32,000 bases of DNA from Candidatus Thorarchaeota archaeon (GTDB lineage Archaea; Asgardarchaeota; Heimdallarchaeia; Hodarchaeales; Hodarchaeaceae): positions 1 to 32,000 of the forward strand of contig JBHLRO010000027.1 in NCBI GenBank assembly GCA_048882505.1, given 5' to 3'. The notes beneath the pieces are model-generated. The model was given only the letters and a program-made list of their open reading frames with translations, was not told the DNA's origin and did no database searches. The position numbers and the translations under genes are program-made. Positions 9,178 through 18,534 of this stretch are shown one piece after another. The stretch's first letter is position 1. Each line of letters begins with the position of its first letter.

Positions 9178-9433
9178 ACATTAGCATGCGCTAGTTTGCC
9201 CTCCTAGGTCTGTTCCAACAAGCCATGAGGAGTACAATAGTGTTTAGGTTTAATTTGAATACGATTTTTATCTATGGATTAACCAGTCAACCTTAAATGC
9301 GTCATTGTAAATAAAAAACCGAGCTTTGTCAATATCAACAATAAATAAAAGCCGATATACTTATATCTCAAACCTACTGCCAAGGAATATTCAACTGATC
9401 CATTGAATGTTAATTCTCTCAGATCGTAGGAAA

Positions 9434-10006
9434 TCACGGCTTAATTTTTGAAATGTCGCCAATTGTACTGTAACTGCCAAAATCTAGAGAAATTATAGGA
9501 TCCAATAGCTCATATCTCTTTTGATGATCTTTAGTATGTAAGATATCTTCCCAAATGTGAGCAGCAACTATTTCACCAAATATAACGAATCCTGATCCCA
9601 CTTGTGTTGTGCTATGAAGTACGCACTCCAGGTTCGCTCTACATTCCTCAATTAGAGGGGCATCTACTTTCGATGCTCCTGTCATCGTGAATCCAGATTT
9701 TTTGATACGGTCATCCCCTTCCCATTTGATAGATTCGTAAGCCCTTTCCCCAATGGAAGAATCAACTATATTTACTCCAAAGCATTTTTTTATAATTATA
9801 TTTCGTTCCGTAGGGCTCTTCTTCCTTCCAGAAAACATCAGAATCGATGGTTTCAAGGAAACCACGGATAAAAAACTCATAGGAGCAATATTCGGGGTAT
9901 GATTTTCATCATATGTAGAAATAAGAGCCACGGGGCCTACGAGTAAATTCGGATTCCATTCTGCCCTGTTGACTCCGTATTCCACTTTAGTAATTCCAGA
10001 TCCCAT
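9434..10006 (-). CDS. Flavin reductase-like FMN-binding protein (DIM6/NTAB family)
   Basis: PVALIST..E...PNIAPMS, T..NI.....FGVNI, ASKVDAPLIEEC..NLEC motifs. Confidence 0.85.
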   Translation of the reverse strand: MGSGITKVEYGVNRAEWNPNLLVGPVALISTYDENHTPNIAPMSFLSVVSLKPSILMFSGRKKSPTERNIIIKKCFGVNIVDSSIGERAYESIKWEGDDRIKKSGFTMTGASKVDAPLIEECRANLECVLHSTTQVGSGFVIFGEIVAAHIWEDILHTKDHQKRYELLDPIISLDFGSYSTIGDISKIKP

Positions 10007-10148
10007 TTTATGTCTAACCTTTGCTTGTGTTCTCTATTTGACTAACTAATCCTTAATAATTCTCGCTGACAACCCTGTACCTTTAACGATGACCAGGCCA
10101 ATCGAATCGGTGAACTCCCTAAGAACCTTCTTTGGAAAAGAAGGTCAT

Positions 10149-10775
10149 CTACCGTCCTCCAGGATTTATTGGAGCTTGTTCCCATTCACGGAGGAATTCC
10201 ATGGATTGGCGAGCTTGATGGAGGACTGCAAATCGAGTAACCTGTCTCCCCAGCTCTTTCAATCGGTGGCCTATCCTAGAATCCTTTATGTTTCCCATAT
10301 CATCGAACTGCTTATAGGCCGAGGGGATAGAGACTTGTAGAGGAACCACCCAGGCATGCACTTGTCTACCGACCGAACGGAGCCCGTCCAAAGCGAGTGT
10401 GGATCCCATTGACCCCCCAGCTACCCCAAGAAGCCCTACCATCTTAGATTCAAATTCATCAAATCCCATGAGATCGAGTGCGTTTTTTAGCACTCCACTG
10501 AAGGTCCCGTGATAGTCCGGCGTTCCAAGAATAATTCCTTCGGCTTTTTGTACCTCATGACGAAGTTTGAAGACATCCTCGGGCAGATCACTGCTATTTT
10601 CATACTGCTTGCAGAACGGTAGATTATAGTAACGAAGATCGATAAGATGGGTCTCTGCTCCTAGCTCCTCAGCACCCTCTAAGGCAATTTTCAATGCCAT
10701 TCGGGTGTAACTCTTTGATCTAAGACTTCCACAAATAGCAACAACTTTGACACTCTCTCGTGATGAAATGGACAC
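10149..10775 (-). CDS. NAD(P)H-dependent FMN reductase (flavodoxin-like fold)
   Basis: CGSLRSKSYT, GTPDYHGTFSGVLKNALD and GVAGGSMG motifs. Confidence 0.92.
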   Translation of the reverse strand: MSISSRESVKVVAICGSLRSKSYTRMALKIALEGAEELGAETHLIDLRYYNLPFCKQYENSSDLPEDVFKLRHEVQKAEGIILGTPDYHGTFSGVLKNALDLMGFDEFESKMVGLLGVAGGSMGSTLALDGLRSVGRQVHAWVVPLQVSIPSAYKQFDDMGNIKDSRIGHRLKELGRQVTRFAVLHQARQSMEFLREWEQAPINPGGR

Positions 10776-11116
10776 TTCAACACCGTCCTACTGTTCTTAG
10801 ATGATAACAATATATTGTTTCAAAAAGCAATTCTAAAGCCATCATCCTTTTTTCGCAACTTAAGGATACCGTTCTGAAAGCCTTGCCTAAATAGGGCTTT
10901 TGTGGCCTTTTATGTCCAGGCTGGGTTGGTGCTTGTCTTCCTGCCTTACTGACGTGTGCCTGCCCATCGACAGGCCCTACTATCTCTTTACAGGCCTTTA
11001 GCGCCTCCGCAGAACTCGGGGCGACGGGAATCAGTAGAGTGGCTTGAGACAATATAAAGCGATGGAACTAGCGCTACCTCCTTCGAATGATTAAGTCAGA
11101 AATGGGCTTTGAAAGC

Positions 11117-11290
11117 CTATTTCCATCGTTTCAAGATATAATTCAGTAGATTTTTGATGGATAACTCTTCTAAATCCTCGGCAGCTAGTTTTAAGCGGAC
11201 ATCATTAGGATGAAAAGATAGAAATGTTGTAACTTCCTGGACAGAAAGAAAGGGGCTTTTCTGTTCCTTTGTGGTCGATAAATCTAACAA
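11117..11290 (-). CDS. Possible small protein (57 aa), below the ORF-track cutoff
   Basis: TTG start after GAGAGG with an AT-rich upstream region: MLDLSTTKEQKSPFLSVQEVTTFLSFHPNDVRLKLAAEDLEELSIKNLLNYILKRWK. No family recognised. Confidence 0.3.
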   Translation of the reverse strand: MLDLSTTKEQKSPFLSVQEVTTFLSFHPNDVRLKLAAEDLEELSIKNLLNYILKRWK

Positions 11291-11394
11291 TACCTCTCAG
11301 TATAATCCTATATATTTTATTATAAGCACAAGAACTTTTGAAAATTTCTGAACTCGGAGCCCGTCATACGATACAGAAAGGTAGCCGGCTTATT

Positions 11395-11871
11395 TTAAAT
11401 CAATTCCTGCTGAACCCAGAGTGCATGGATTATGGCTAATCCAAAGATTGAAACTCCGAGTGTCAAGTGAATGGTGCCGATTAGCACATTTTCTAATTGT
11501 GTTAAGATCACTAGGCCTCCTACTATTATTTCTCCTATCAATAAAGCGCTGATCAATATAATCAACTTGAACAGGCGAGGAGCCTCATCACGAAAGTTAT
11601 ATGAAAAGAGAAATGCGGATCCAACACTTATCGATAATGCACCTGCGATTATTCTATGTCCATATTCACCAACCAAGTGAGCTATAGGAGTATTAGGAGC
11701 ATCAAAGGGAATTATCTGACCATGACACAAAGGCCAATCTGGACAGCCCAACCCGCCTCCAATTGCTTTAGTAATATTGCCCCAAATCATCAAAATGAGA
11801 GTTACAACAGGTATCACGTAAGAGAGTTTTTGATAATGGCTTTTATTACCAAGTATTCGCCTAAAATCCAT
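11395..11871 (-). CDS. ctaA: Half-size (single-repeat) heme A synthase, COX15/CtaA family
   Basis: GGGLGCPDWPLCHG, EYGHR and second His in IHLTLG; about 4 TM. Start at ATG 11871 or 11883. Confidence 0.82.
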   Translation of the reverse strand: MDFRRILGNKSHYQKLSYVIPVVTLILMIWGNITKAIGGGLGCPDWPLCHGQIIPFDAPNTPIAHLVGEYGHRIIAGALSISVGSAFLFSYNFRDEAPRLFKLIILISALLIGEIIVGGLVILTQLENVLIGTIHLTLGVSIFGLAIIHALWVQQELI

Positions 11872-12051
11872 TATTCCGCCCATTAGTGCTATCTTAATGC
11901 TGTATAAAATTAATATTCCCTGAGTCAATTTCAGAATGAATGCCTGTTAGCAAGACAGAGTTTCGAATTTTACCCGTTTTAAGAAGTAAAACAAAGATAA
12001 GCCAGGTAGATCGAAGTTTTTGGTGATTAAATCTTCAAGGAATGGAAATCA

Positions 12052-12624
12052 TTGAACCTAAAGACTTTCGTTATTGAAACCTTTGAAATTGCTAAATGAA
12101 ATGTCCTAAAAGCTATATACAGGTTAAAACCAAGGGACTTTGAAAGACAAATAACATCAAATCTAAATCCAGTTAGATGGGGTATTGGCCACCTTACAAT
12201 ACAGATGGATACAGTTTTTAACCATCTTTGCCTTGGTGATAGGAGATTAGACCAAGATTTCCGAGATTATTTTGTTATGGGCCCGGATAGAGCTAGTAAA
12301 AGAGAATTTCCGATGTCTTATAGGGCATTAATCGACCAATTCCTTGAATTTTCCGAAGCTAGTATTGAATACCTCAATAACCTGCCGGAAGATAAGTTTA
12401 TGGAACCACCAGCGCACAATACTAAAAAAAATACAGAAACAATGGTTGAATTAATACAGAGGATTTCTCTTCATTTCATGGGTCACACTGGACAGATTTA
12501 TCAAACCAAAAGAGAATTAGGGAAGGGGGGTACGTTTGTAATGGGAATAAAGAAGAAAAATCGGGATGATAGTAAAGCCAAATGGCTTTCCTGGTGGAAT
12601 GCACACAAAAATAATTACCTTTAA
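12052..12624 (+). pseudogene. DinB-superfamily gene interrupted by an in-frame TGA at 12097-12099
   Basis: Frame reads LNLKTFVIETFEIAK*NVLKAIYRL...NPVRWGIGHL...LHFMGHTGQI. The DinB first-His motif lies upstream of the track's ATG 12205, and there is no ATG/GTG/TTG between the TGA and that motif. Confidence 0.65.
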
Positions 12625-12822
12625 TCTGAAATGTCGAATCACCTACGCTTTAATAAGATCATCGAGAGCCGCTATTCCGATGAATAAAGCAAAGATTACA
12701 GATTCCGAATTGGGGGATAAAAATATCAGCGTTACACCCAGTATTTATCAATCAGAAAGGAATTTAAAACGTAAAAGGATTGAAGGAAGAGAAAGACTAC
12801 TAAAAAACACTTTCAAAGTACC

Positions 12823-13152
12823 TCAGAAATCTAGGCCCCTTTCTAGAGGTTTCCAGAGATATTTTTTGAAATCAATTCTGCCTTTTTCACTGAATACAAT
12901 TCCTTCGGCTTCCAACATGGCTTTCTGCTCTTCATATCCATGCATATGTGGTAATGAGATTCTTCCTTTGCTATTAATGACACGATGCCAAGGCAAGCCA
13001 TCTTTTCGTGAGGATGAATGCAAAATCCAAGCCACTTGTCGGGAACCCCTCGGATTACCCGCATATGTGGCAATCTGACCATAGGTGGCTACAAAGCCTG
13101 CAGGGATTTTTTTTATCAAATTTTTGACCTGTTGTGTGAATGTAGTGCTCAT
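12823..13152 (-). CDS. Alkyltransferase-like protein (ATL, YbaZ/Atl1 type)
   Basis: IPAGFVATYGQIA, RQVAW and PWHRV: Trp replaces the catalytic Cys of the MGMT PCHRV motif. Confidence 0.9.
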   Translation of the reverse strand: MSTTFTQQVKNLIKKIPAGFVATYGQIATYAGNPRGSRQVAWILHSSSRKDGLPWHRVINSKGRISLPHMHGYEEQKAMLEAEGIVFSEKGRIDFKKYLWKPLERGLDF

Positions 13153-13164
13153 AAAAAACCTCTA

Positions 13165-14997
13165 TTAGTATTTGGGTCTTCTAACGTATTTGTTCGCGAT
13201 TTTTCGGAGATTAATATCACGGAGGAGATGATATTGACGCAGCTTTTTGATACTCGCAGGTGAAAACGCTGAGAGAGGTATGTGAACAATGCGTTTTCCC
13301 TGTTTTCCTGCATATGCCTGAACATGTCGGGAAGGTGAATCTTTTGCTACGTACACAATCAACTTTTCTCTTGCCCACGCGATTCCATTTAACAGCAGAA
13401 CATCAGGTGGACGTTCGGTACTATATTCTGGATAAAATTGGATACCGCGAGGTGGAAACACTGAGGTACACCCTCCTATCTCTACACGAGAGATGCCTGG
13501 ACCCACAAGTTGCTCTCCAGGCGCGGTAGAATAGAGTAGCAGATCGGATTCTCGGGCATGTTCAGCATACAAAATTTCCCAAAACGGGTATTTGTCAATT
13601 TGAGGATCGAACACGATTACAACGACATCTGTGGTTCCTGGAAATGGAGGGAACTCTCGGACATATAGTTTTCCAGTATGAACGTTTCGAATGGTTTCCC
13701 GATAATCAATTCCATCTAGTAATGATGAGGTAAACTCATAGGTCCTGGTTTTTTCAGTGGTTACTGTTCGTTTTGCTTTCCGACGAATAAAGTCGAAGTA
13801 ACCCTCATGATACTGCTCGTCGGGAACATGCCCCCATAATCCAACCCCTATATCCCAGATATCCCGCCATTGGCCTGGGTAATCTTCTTCGGGCCGTTCA
13901 CGAAGCCATCGATGGATATCTGCGTCGTATTGGGTGAACAATCGAGGCAAATGACGGCGGATGCGAATGGTTTCCCCATCTAGGAACGCAAAAGTTGGTT
14001 GGATGTCAATGAGGGGGAGATCGCTCGGCGGGGGATCATTAGGGGGATATTTTTTTCCAGAAGTGTAAACATCCCATGCATAGTCATCTGAAACGCAGGC
14101 CTTTGCGGCCCGGATGATTTCCATGAAATCAGGAAAGTACAAGTCCTTAACCAGCGCAAGATTTCGGGAATACTGCATTAAGAGTTTGTACTGCGTAACA
14201 TTGAGCTTTTTACCCGTGAAATCATTGTATGAATGTTCTGCATCTTTGCATAGATCGCGCAACGCTAAACCCTTTGAGAATTGATCCTTTTGTTTTATAT
14301 AAAGCCAAGTGAAAAGGGGAATTTCTCCAAGGATTTGGGGTAAGGAATCCAGGGTTGGAGCGGCCAGTTTGATGGTAGTTGAATCAAATTGGAACTGTTT
14401 GGGAGTTAATGGTATTTCTTGCGTCGGTTGTTTTAACCAGCTCACAATATGTTGCCAATGGGCGATGCCTCCCACCCATAGCACTCGTTCTGCTGTTTCC
14501 ATGAGTTCATAAAGACGATGTGCCATCACAGCCTCACGAGTCTTATCTAGCGGCGATCGAGTGTAACCAGAGAGTGTGGGCTCAATGAGATCAAAAAACT
14601 GGGTTAATTTAAGCGAATTCAAAGCATATGGGTCTGGGAATGGTGAAAAAGGAGCTGGGGATGTCGGTTCAACTAGCATATCAACAAAGTACGTGTGTAT
14701 ATCATTTTCCTCTGCTAACCGAAGGGCTTCCACCATTGAATCGCAGGGATCGATGGGCAAAAAAGTGCTCATCCCGCCTTGAGGTAATAAATCAGGGAAG
14801 AGTACGATAGTTACCACGGGTAACCGTTTAATCCCCCTCAAAAATGTTTCACGTATAAACGGGGGGAGCTCCACCGCAATGACATCGGGAACTATCTCGT
14901 AGAAGGCACTTCGAACCTTTAGAGCGAATTCCACCGAAAAATGAGCAGATGGCACACCGTAAAGGTTTTCATACTGGAAATAATCTTGATCAGCCAT
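13165..14997 (-). CDS. Uncharacterised 610-aa MoxR partner; N-terminal TraB/Tiki/EreA-like fold and C-terminal degenerate VWA-like region
   Basis: N-terminal SAHF, DVIAVELP, REAVMA, WVGGIAH; C-terminal LDGIDYRETIRN followed by DVVVIVFD. Overlaps the ATPase stop by 8 nt. Confidence 0.6.
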   Translation of the reverse strand: MADQDYFQYENLYGVPSAHFSVEFALKVRSAFYEIVPDVIAVELPPFIRETFLRGIKRLPVVTIVLFPDLLPQGGMSTFLPIDPCDSMVEALRLAEENDIHTYFVDMLVEPTSPAPFSPFPDPYALNSLKLTQFFDLIEPTLSGYTRSPLDKTREAVMAHRLYELMETAERVLWVGGIAHWQHIVSWLKQPTQEIPLTPKQFQFDSTTIKLAAPTLDSLPQILGEIPLFTWLYIKQKDQFSKGLALRDLCKDAEHSYNDFTGKKLNVTQYKLLMQYSRNLALVKDLYFPDFMEIIRAAKACVSDDYAWDVYTSGKKYPPNDPPPSDLPLIDIQPTFAFLDGETIRIRRHLPRLFTQYDADIHRWLRERPEEDYPGQWRDIWDIGVGLWGHVPDEQYHEGYFDFIRRKAKRTVTTEKTRTYEFTSSLLDGIDYRETIRNVHTGKLYVREFPPFPGTTDVVVIVFDPQIDKYPFWEILYAEHARESDLLLYSTAPGEQLVGPGISRVEIGGCTSVFPPRGIQFYPEYSTERPPDVLLLNGIAWAREKLIVYVAKDSPSRHVQAYAGKQGKRIVHIPLSAFSPASIKKLRQYHLLRDINLRKIANKYVRRPKY

Positions 14998-15868
14998 CGA
15001 ACTTTCCTGCTTGCTGTTCGCTTTGAACTTTGAAGTCTAATGCATCCTGATCAATAACCTGTCGAATTGCCTGGTTTATATACTCGTTATGTGAGCGCTG
15101 GTGCATTACCCCTAGCTTCAATGCATAACGCCCAATATTGACCCCATCTCGAACAGTATATGGGCGATCTTCATCATGGCCAGCTTGGAGGAAAGTTACG
15201 ATCTGTCGAACTAAATCATCAGGAGCAAACGGGAGGTTATATTTTATTATCCTATATTCATCCTCGGCCCCAGGAAATCCCACTTCGATGATTGGCTGGA
15301 GCCGTGAATCGATATATTCCGGGATTTCATAGGTTGAAGCATCCTCGTTTACTGTTACGCAGGTGCGGAAGTCAGGATGGGCATAAACAGTAATTCCAGC
15401 GACAATACTTTCAATATATCTCCGATGATCCAAGAGTGGTGCCAAAGACGCCCAAGACTTTTCAGACATCCGATTTCCCTCATCCAAAATACAGACCCCC
15501 CCATGAATCATGGCGGTGACAAGTGGGGAAGCGTGATACTTGATTTTTCCCTCAGCTGAAATTACCGGTGTTATCAGGAGATCTTCTGGACGTGTATCCA
15601 TTGTACATTGATAGATCCAGCAATTTTCGTTCAACAATTTCGCACAGGAAAACGCAAGTGTGGTCTTTCCAATCCCTGGTTTCCCAATTAGACGTGGGGT
15701 GAGGGGGAGATCTTCTGCATCGACCTTAAGCCAGGCTGCCAGAAGCTGGCGTTTCAAGGCATCTTGACCAATCCATTCGGTTTTAAAGTCGACGGGAGGA
15801 TTAAGAAATAGTTGAACTCCTTGGATCTCGGTAGTTTCAAAAATAGGTTTGTGAAACGGAGTGGTCAT
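14990..15868 (-). CDS. MoxR-family AAA+ ATPase
   Basis: Walker A GKPGIGKT, Walker B CILDEGNR, TRPEDL, TVNED, Arg finger IDSRL. Confidence 0.88.
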   Translation of the reverse strand: MTTPFHKPIFETTEIQGVQLFLNPPVDFKTEWIGQDALKRQLLAAWLKVDAEDLPLTPRLIGKPGIGKTTLAFSCAKLLNENCWIYQCTMDTRPEDLLITPVISAEGKIKYHASPLVTAMIHGGVCILDEGNRMSEKSWASLAPLLDHRRYIESIVAGITVYAHPDFRTCVTVNEDASTYEIPEYIDSRLQPIIEVGFPGAEDEYRIIKYNLPFAPDDLVRQIVTFLQAGHDEDRPYTVRDGVNIGRYALKLGVMHQRSHNEYINQAIRQVIDQDALDFKVQSEQQAGKFDG

Positions 15869-16208
15869 TACGTAATCTCCCGCTGATTATGCCCATTTTC
15901 TGTCAGGTAGTACTATTACAGAGCTTTTTTAGCCTTGGTCTAATATTCCGCTCATGGTTTGACCAGCATCCTCTTTCGGCTGAAATTAAACTTAGGATTC
16001 CTAGCAGGGAAAACCCTAAAGATAAGAGAGTAAAAAGAGAATTCGAGGGCAGGAGTCCCCTTCAATTCAATCTAGTTTTTACCCAGCTTAGCTCTATGGA
16101 ATTATAACAGCGATACGGTGACCTCAATGGGAAAGCCTATTTTTACTTCTTTCGTTTTTTGATTCAGGTTGTATGGCTTGCTTTTTCTTATGTTGATCTA
16201 GCTTGGGA

Positions 16209-16571
16209 TCACAGAGAAGCCCGAGCTTTGTCTAAGTCATCTACTCCAAATACGGCTCCTTTATATGAGCCATAAAGTAGGTCAATATTGACCCCAGCGT
16301 TTGCCAACCGACGACACGCCTCTCCAAGCGTGCCTGGTTTATCATCAAGTTCATGTATAATTACTTCTCGTTCTGCACGCACTTCGAATCCAGCTTCCTC
16401 TAGTACATTCCTGGCTGACGCTGCATCCTCTACTACAATATGGATTACACCTTCACCTTCACAGGGAAATCCACAAAGTCCTTCCATGTTAATGTTCGCC
16501 CTGCCGAGTGCCTCTCCCATATCAGCAAGGGTTCCGGGTTTATTCTGAAGTATTACAGTTAAATCTCTCAT
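16209..16571 (-). CDS. Tandem ACT-domain protein
   Basis: Two ACT repeats: NKPGTLADMGEALGRANINM and DKPGTLGEACRRLANAGVNI. Start at ATG 16571. Confidence 0.9.
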   Translation of the reverse strand: MRDLTVILQNKPGTLADMGEALGRANINMEGLCGFPCEGEGVIHIVVEDAASARNVLEEAGFEVRAEREVIIHELDDKPGTLGEACRRLANAGVNIDLLYGSYKGAVFGVDDLDKARASL

Positions 16572-16763
16572 CAAATTCAACTCCGATCTTTTATATTGTA
16601 CAAATTCCCCGCTATTATAATGGTTTTATAATTGTTTTGTCCCTTTTTCATCAAACTTATCGTTTAGATCAACATAGCGAATATGTATTCACGAACATCT
16701 CGCTTGCTTTATGAGAACTGACACTCTGGCCTTGGACACTCCTAGCTGGTCTAGAATCCGGCC

Positions 16764-17966
16764 TTAAATTGACTGCCAACCATTGAAGTAGAACGAGAAG
16801 AGAAGATTAGCTAATAAAACTCCAAGGGCAAAATAGCGAACAAGCGATAGATGTTGCCGAAAACGGGGCCCGAGATATGAGGCCAGCAATTTGTCCCCAT
16901 CAAGGAAGGGAATAGGTAATAGATTCATTATAGCCAGCATTAGATTGATAGTAAAAATGTAAAGTACACAGTTAAAGAGCCAATATGGGATTAAATTCAA
17001 AAAAACTGAGGCGGCAAAAAAGCGGGGGGGAAAGAATTCCCATGTACGTACGCCAATAAACCCCTTACTCGTGTTATCCGAACGGGGAATGGTTTGAAGA
17101 GTAATCGGGAGGATATCTGGATTGGCAAAATGAAAGGTCAAGGTTTGATTGGGAAAAACGGCTGTGTCTACGAAGCTATGGAAATCATTCACGGAACGGA
17201 TAATGTACTCTTTACTGGAGGATTCGATCCTTACAATGGCATAGCCGGGTTTCAATCCAGCTAGTGCAGCCGGATTCTCAGGGATTGTTTCGATGATAAG
17301 GGCCCCTTCGGGTTCCGGCTGATACAATGGCGTGATAAGGAGGGGAAACGCCTGTGGAATGAGGAGAATGAGGAAAAAAAATCCCGCCACGAGCATATTC
17401 GAAAGGGCTCCTGCCGCCATGATACGCATGACAGCCCGACGAGATTTTGAATTGAGACTCTGTTCATCGGGTTCTACAAAAGCACCAAAAAGTACAAAAA
17501 ATACAAAAAGCCCGGTGCTTTTGAGTTCAACGCCCTCCACACGCGCAGCAATGCCATGAGCAAACTCATGGACGGCAGCCCCAATCATAATCGCAACAAA
17601 GAAGTAGGGGAGAGATTGCAATGAGACTGTGATTCCAGGTATGACTGGAGTCACCACAATAGCTGTACCCCCGTTGGTTCCATCGGAAGGTGGTAGAAAA
17701 AAGAGAGGGATGTTAATGGTAAATATTAACAATCCTATCAGTAAAATTCCGATCCCAGATACGATTCCGATATCAAACACAAATTTCCACCCAACTTTTC
17801 CCTTACTCGCCAGTCTATCAATAAGCTGGTTTAACCTGGTTGTACGGTACATAGCATAACCCAGTCCAATGGAAGGATTCTTGACACTGAACCACGGGAT
17901 ACGCGATATGGTGTGAAGGGTGAACCACGCGAAGGCGATTATTAATAAAAACGTTATTGGATCCAC
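16764..17966 (-). CDS. Site-2 protease (M50, MBTPS2-like) with PDZ-like insert
   Basis: HEFAH zinc motif, GAFVEPD, AAG..SN, NLLPIPFLDG; PDZ-like PAALAGLKPG. Confidence 0.92.
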   Translation of the reverse strand: MDPITFLLIIAFAWFTLHTISRIPWFSVKNPSIGLGYAMYRTTRLNQLIDRLASKGKVGWKFVFDIGIVSGIGILLIGLLIFTINIPLFFLPPSDGTNGGTAIVVTPVIPGITVSLQSLPYFFVAIMIGAAVHEFAHGIAARVEGVELKSTGLFVFFVLFGAFVEPDEQSLNSKSRRAVMRIMAAGALSNMLVAGFFFLILLIPQAFPLLITPLYQPEPEGALIIETIPENPAALAGLKPGYAIVRIESSSKEYIIRSVNDFHSFVDTAVFPNQTLTFHFANPDILPITLQTIPRSDNTSKGFIGVRTWEFFPPRFFAASVFLNLIPYWLFNCVLYIFTINLMLAIMNLLPIPFLDGDKLLASYLGPRFRQHLSLVRYFALGVLLANLLFSFYFNGWQSI

Positions 17967-18521
17967 GATGTCACATCTCTTAAGATGACGAGAAATATCC
18001 CCATAAACCTTTTTCGATTAATTTTCGGCGAATTTTTGGAACGTTGGCACTGATAGCCACATGTCTCATTGAACCACATCGTAAAGCGATAGAGTTTCTT
18101 TTATTTTAAGTGTATTGCCAGGATAAGCATTTAAAAAAGACGAGAACGCGTCTTTGGATAATTTTTGATTCATGGTTACCGTAGAAATTCAACTAAAAAA
18201 CATAGAGTTCTTAAGCATACACCGAGCCGTGGGTGAATCGGGGACTTGGGCAGAAACCTTGAGCATGTTACTTCCACGCCTTCTCGTGTCATCAGTAAGA
18301 CAACGGTATTCTTCCTTGAAACGTGCAATGTCATTTAGAGGTGTCCCCCAAGATAGTCTTGCACTATGAGATTGAAGATGAGGAGGAGATGGTATCGGAG
18401 TGAGCAATGACCATGATTTAGGCTTTAGGATCAACATTATACTTGAGTACAACCATGATCGATTGTCAAAACATTAATAGACATTGAAATTGCCTGCAAT
18501 TACAAATCAGATACATTTAGA

Positions 18522-18528
18522 GAGGTGA
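18522..18528 (+). promoter_or_regulatory. Ribosome-binding site GAGGTGA
   Basis: 6 nt upstream of ATG 18535. Confidence 0.7.
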
Positions 18529-18534
18529 AGGAAT

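Noticed and set aside
11101-11121. Near-perfect inverted repeat AATGGGCTTT-G-AAAGCCTATT
   Set aside because: A single short hairpin with no second copy and no clear U-tract; cannot be assigned as a terminator or operator.
12670-12705. ATGA...GA segment downstream of the DinB gene as a possible SECIS
   Set aside because: The intervening sequence does not form a convincing stem, so Sec recoding is not supported from sequence.
12566-13529. Plus-strand ORFs 12566-13078, 13018-13263 and 13260-13529
   Set aside because: They lie antisense to the well-supported ATL and MoxR-partner genes.
18172-18480. Short ORFs (65 and 87 aa) between the S2P and the metzincin, possible IS remnant
   Set aside because: No transposase motif or terminal repeats recognised in any frame I read.
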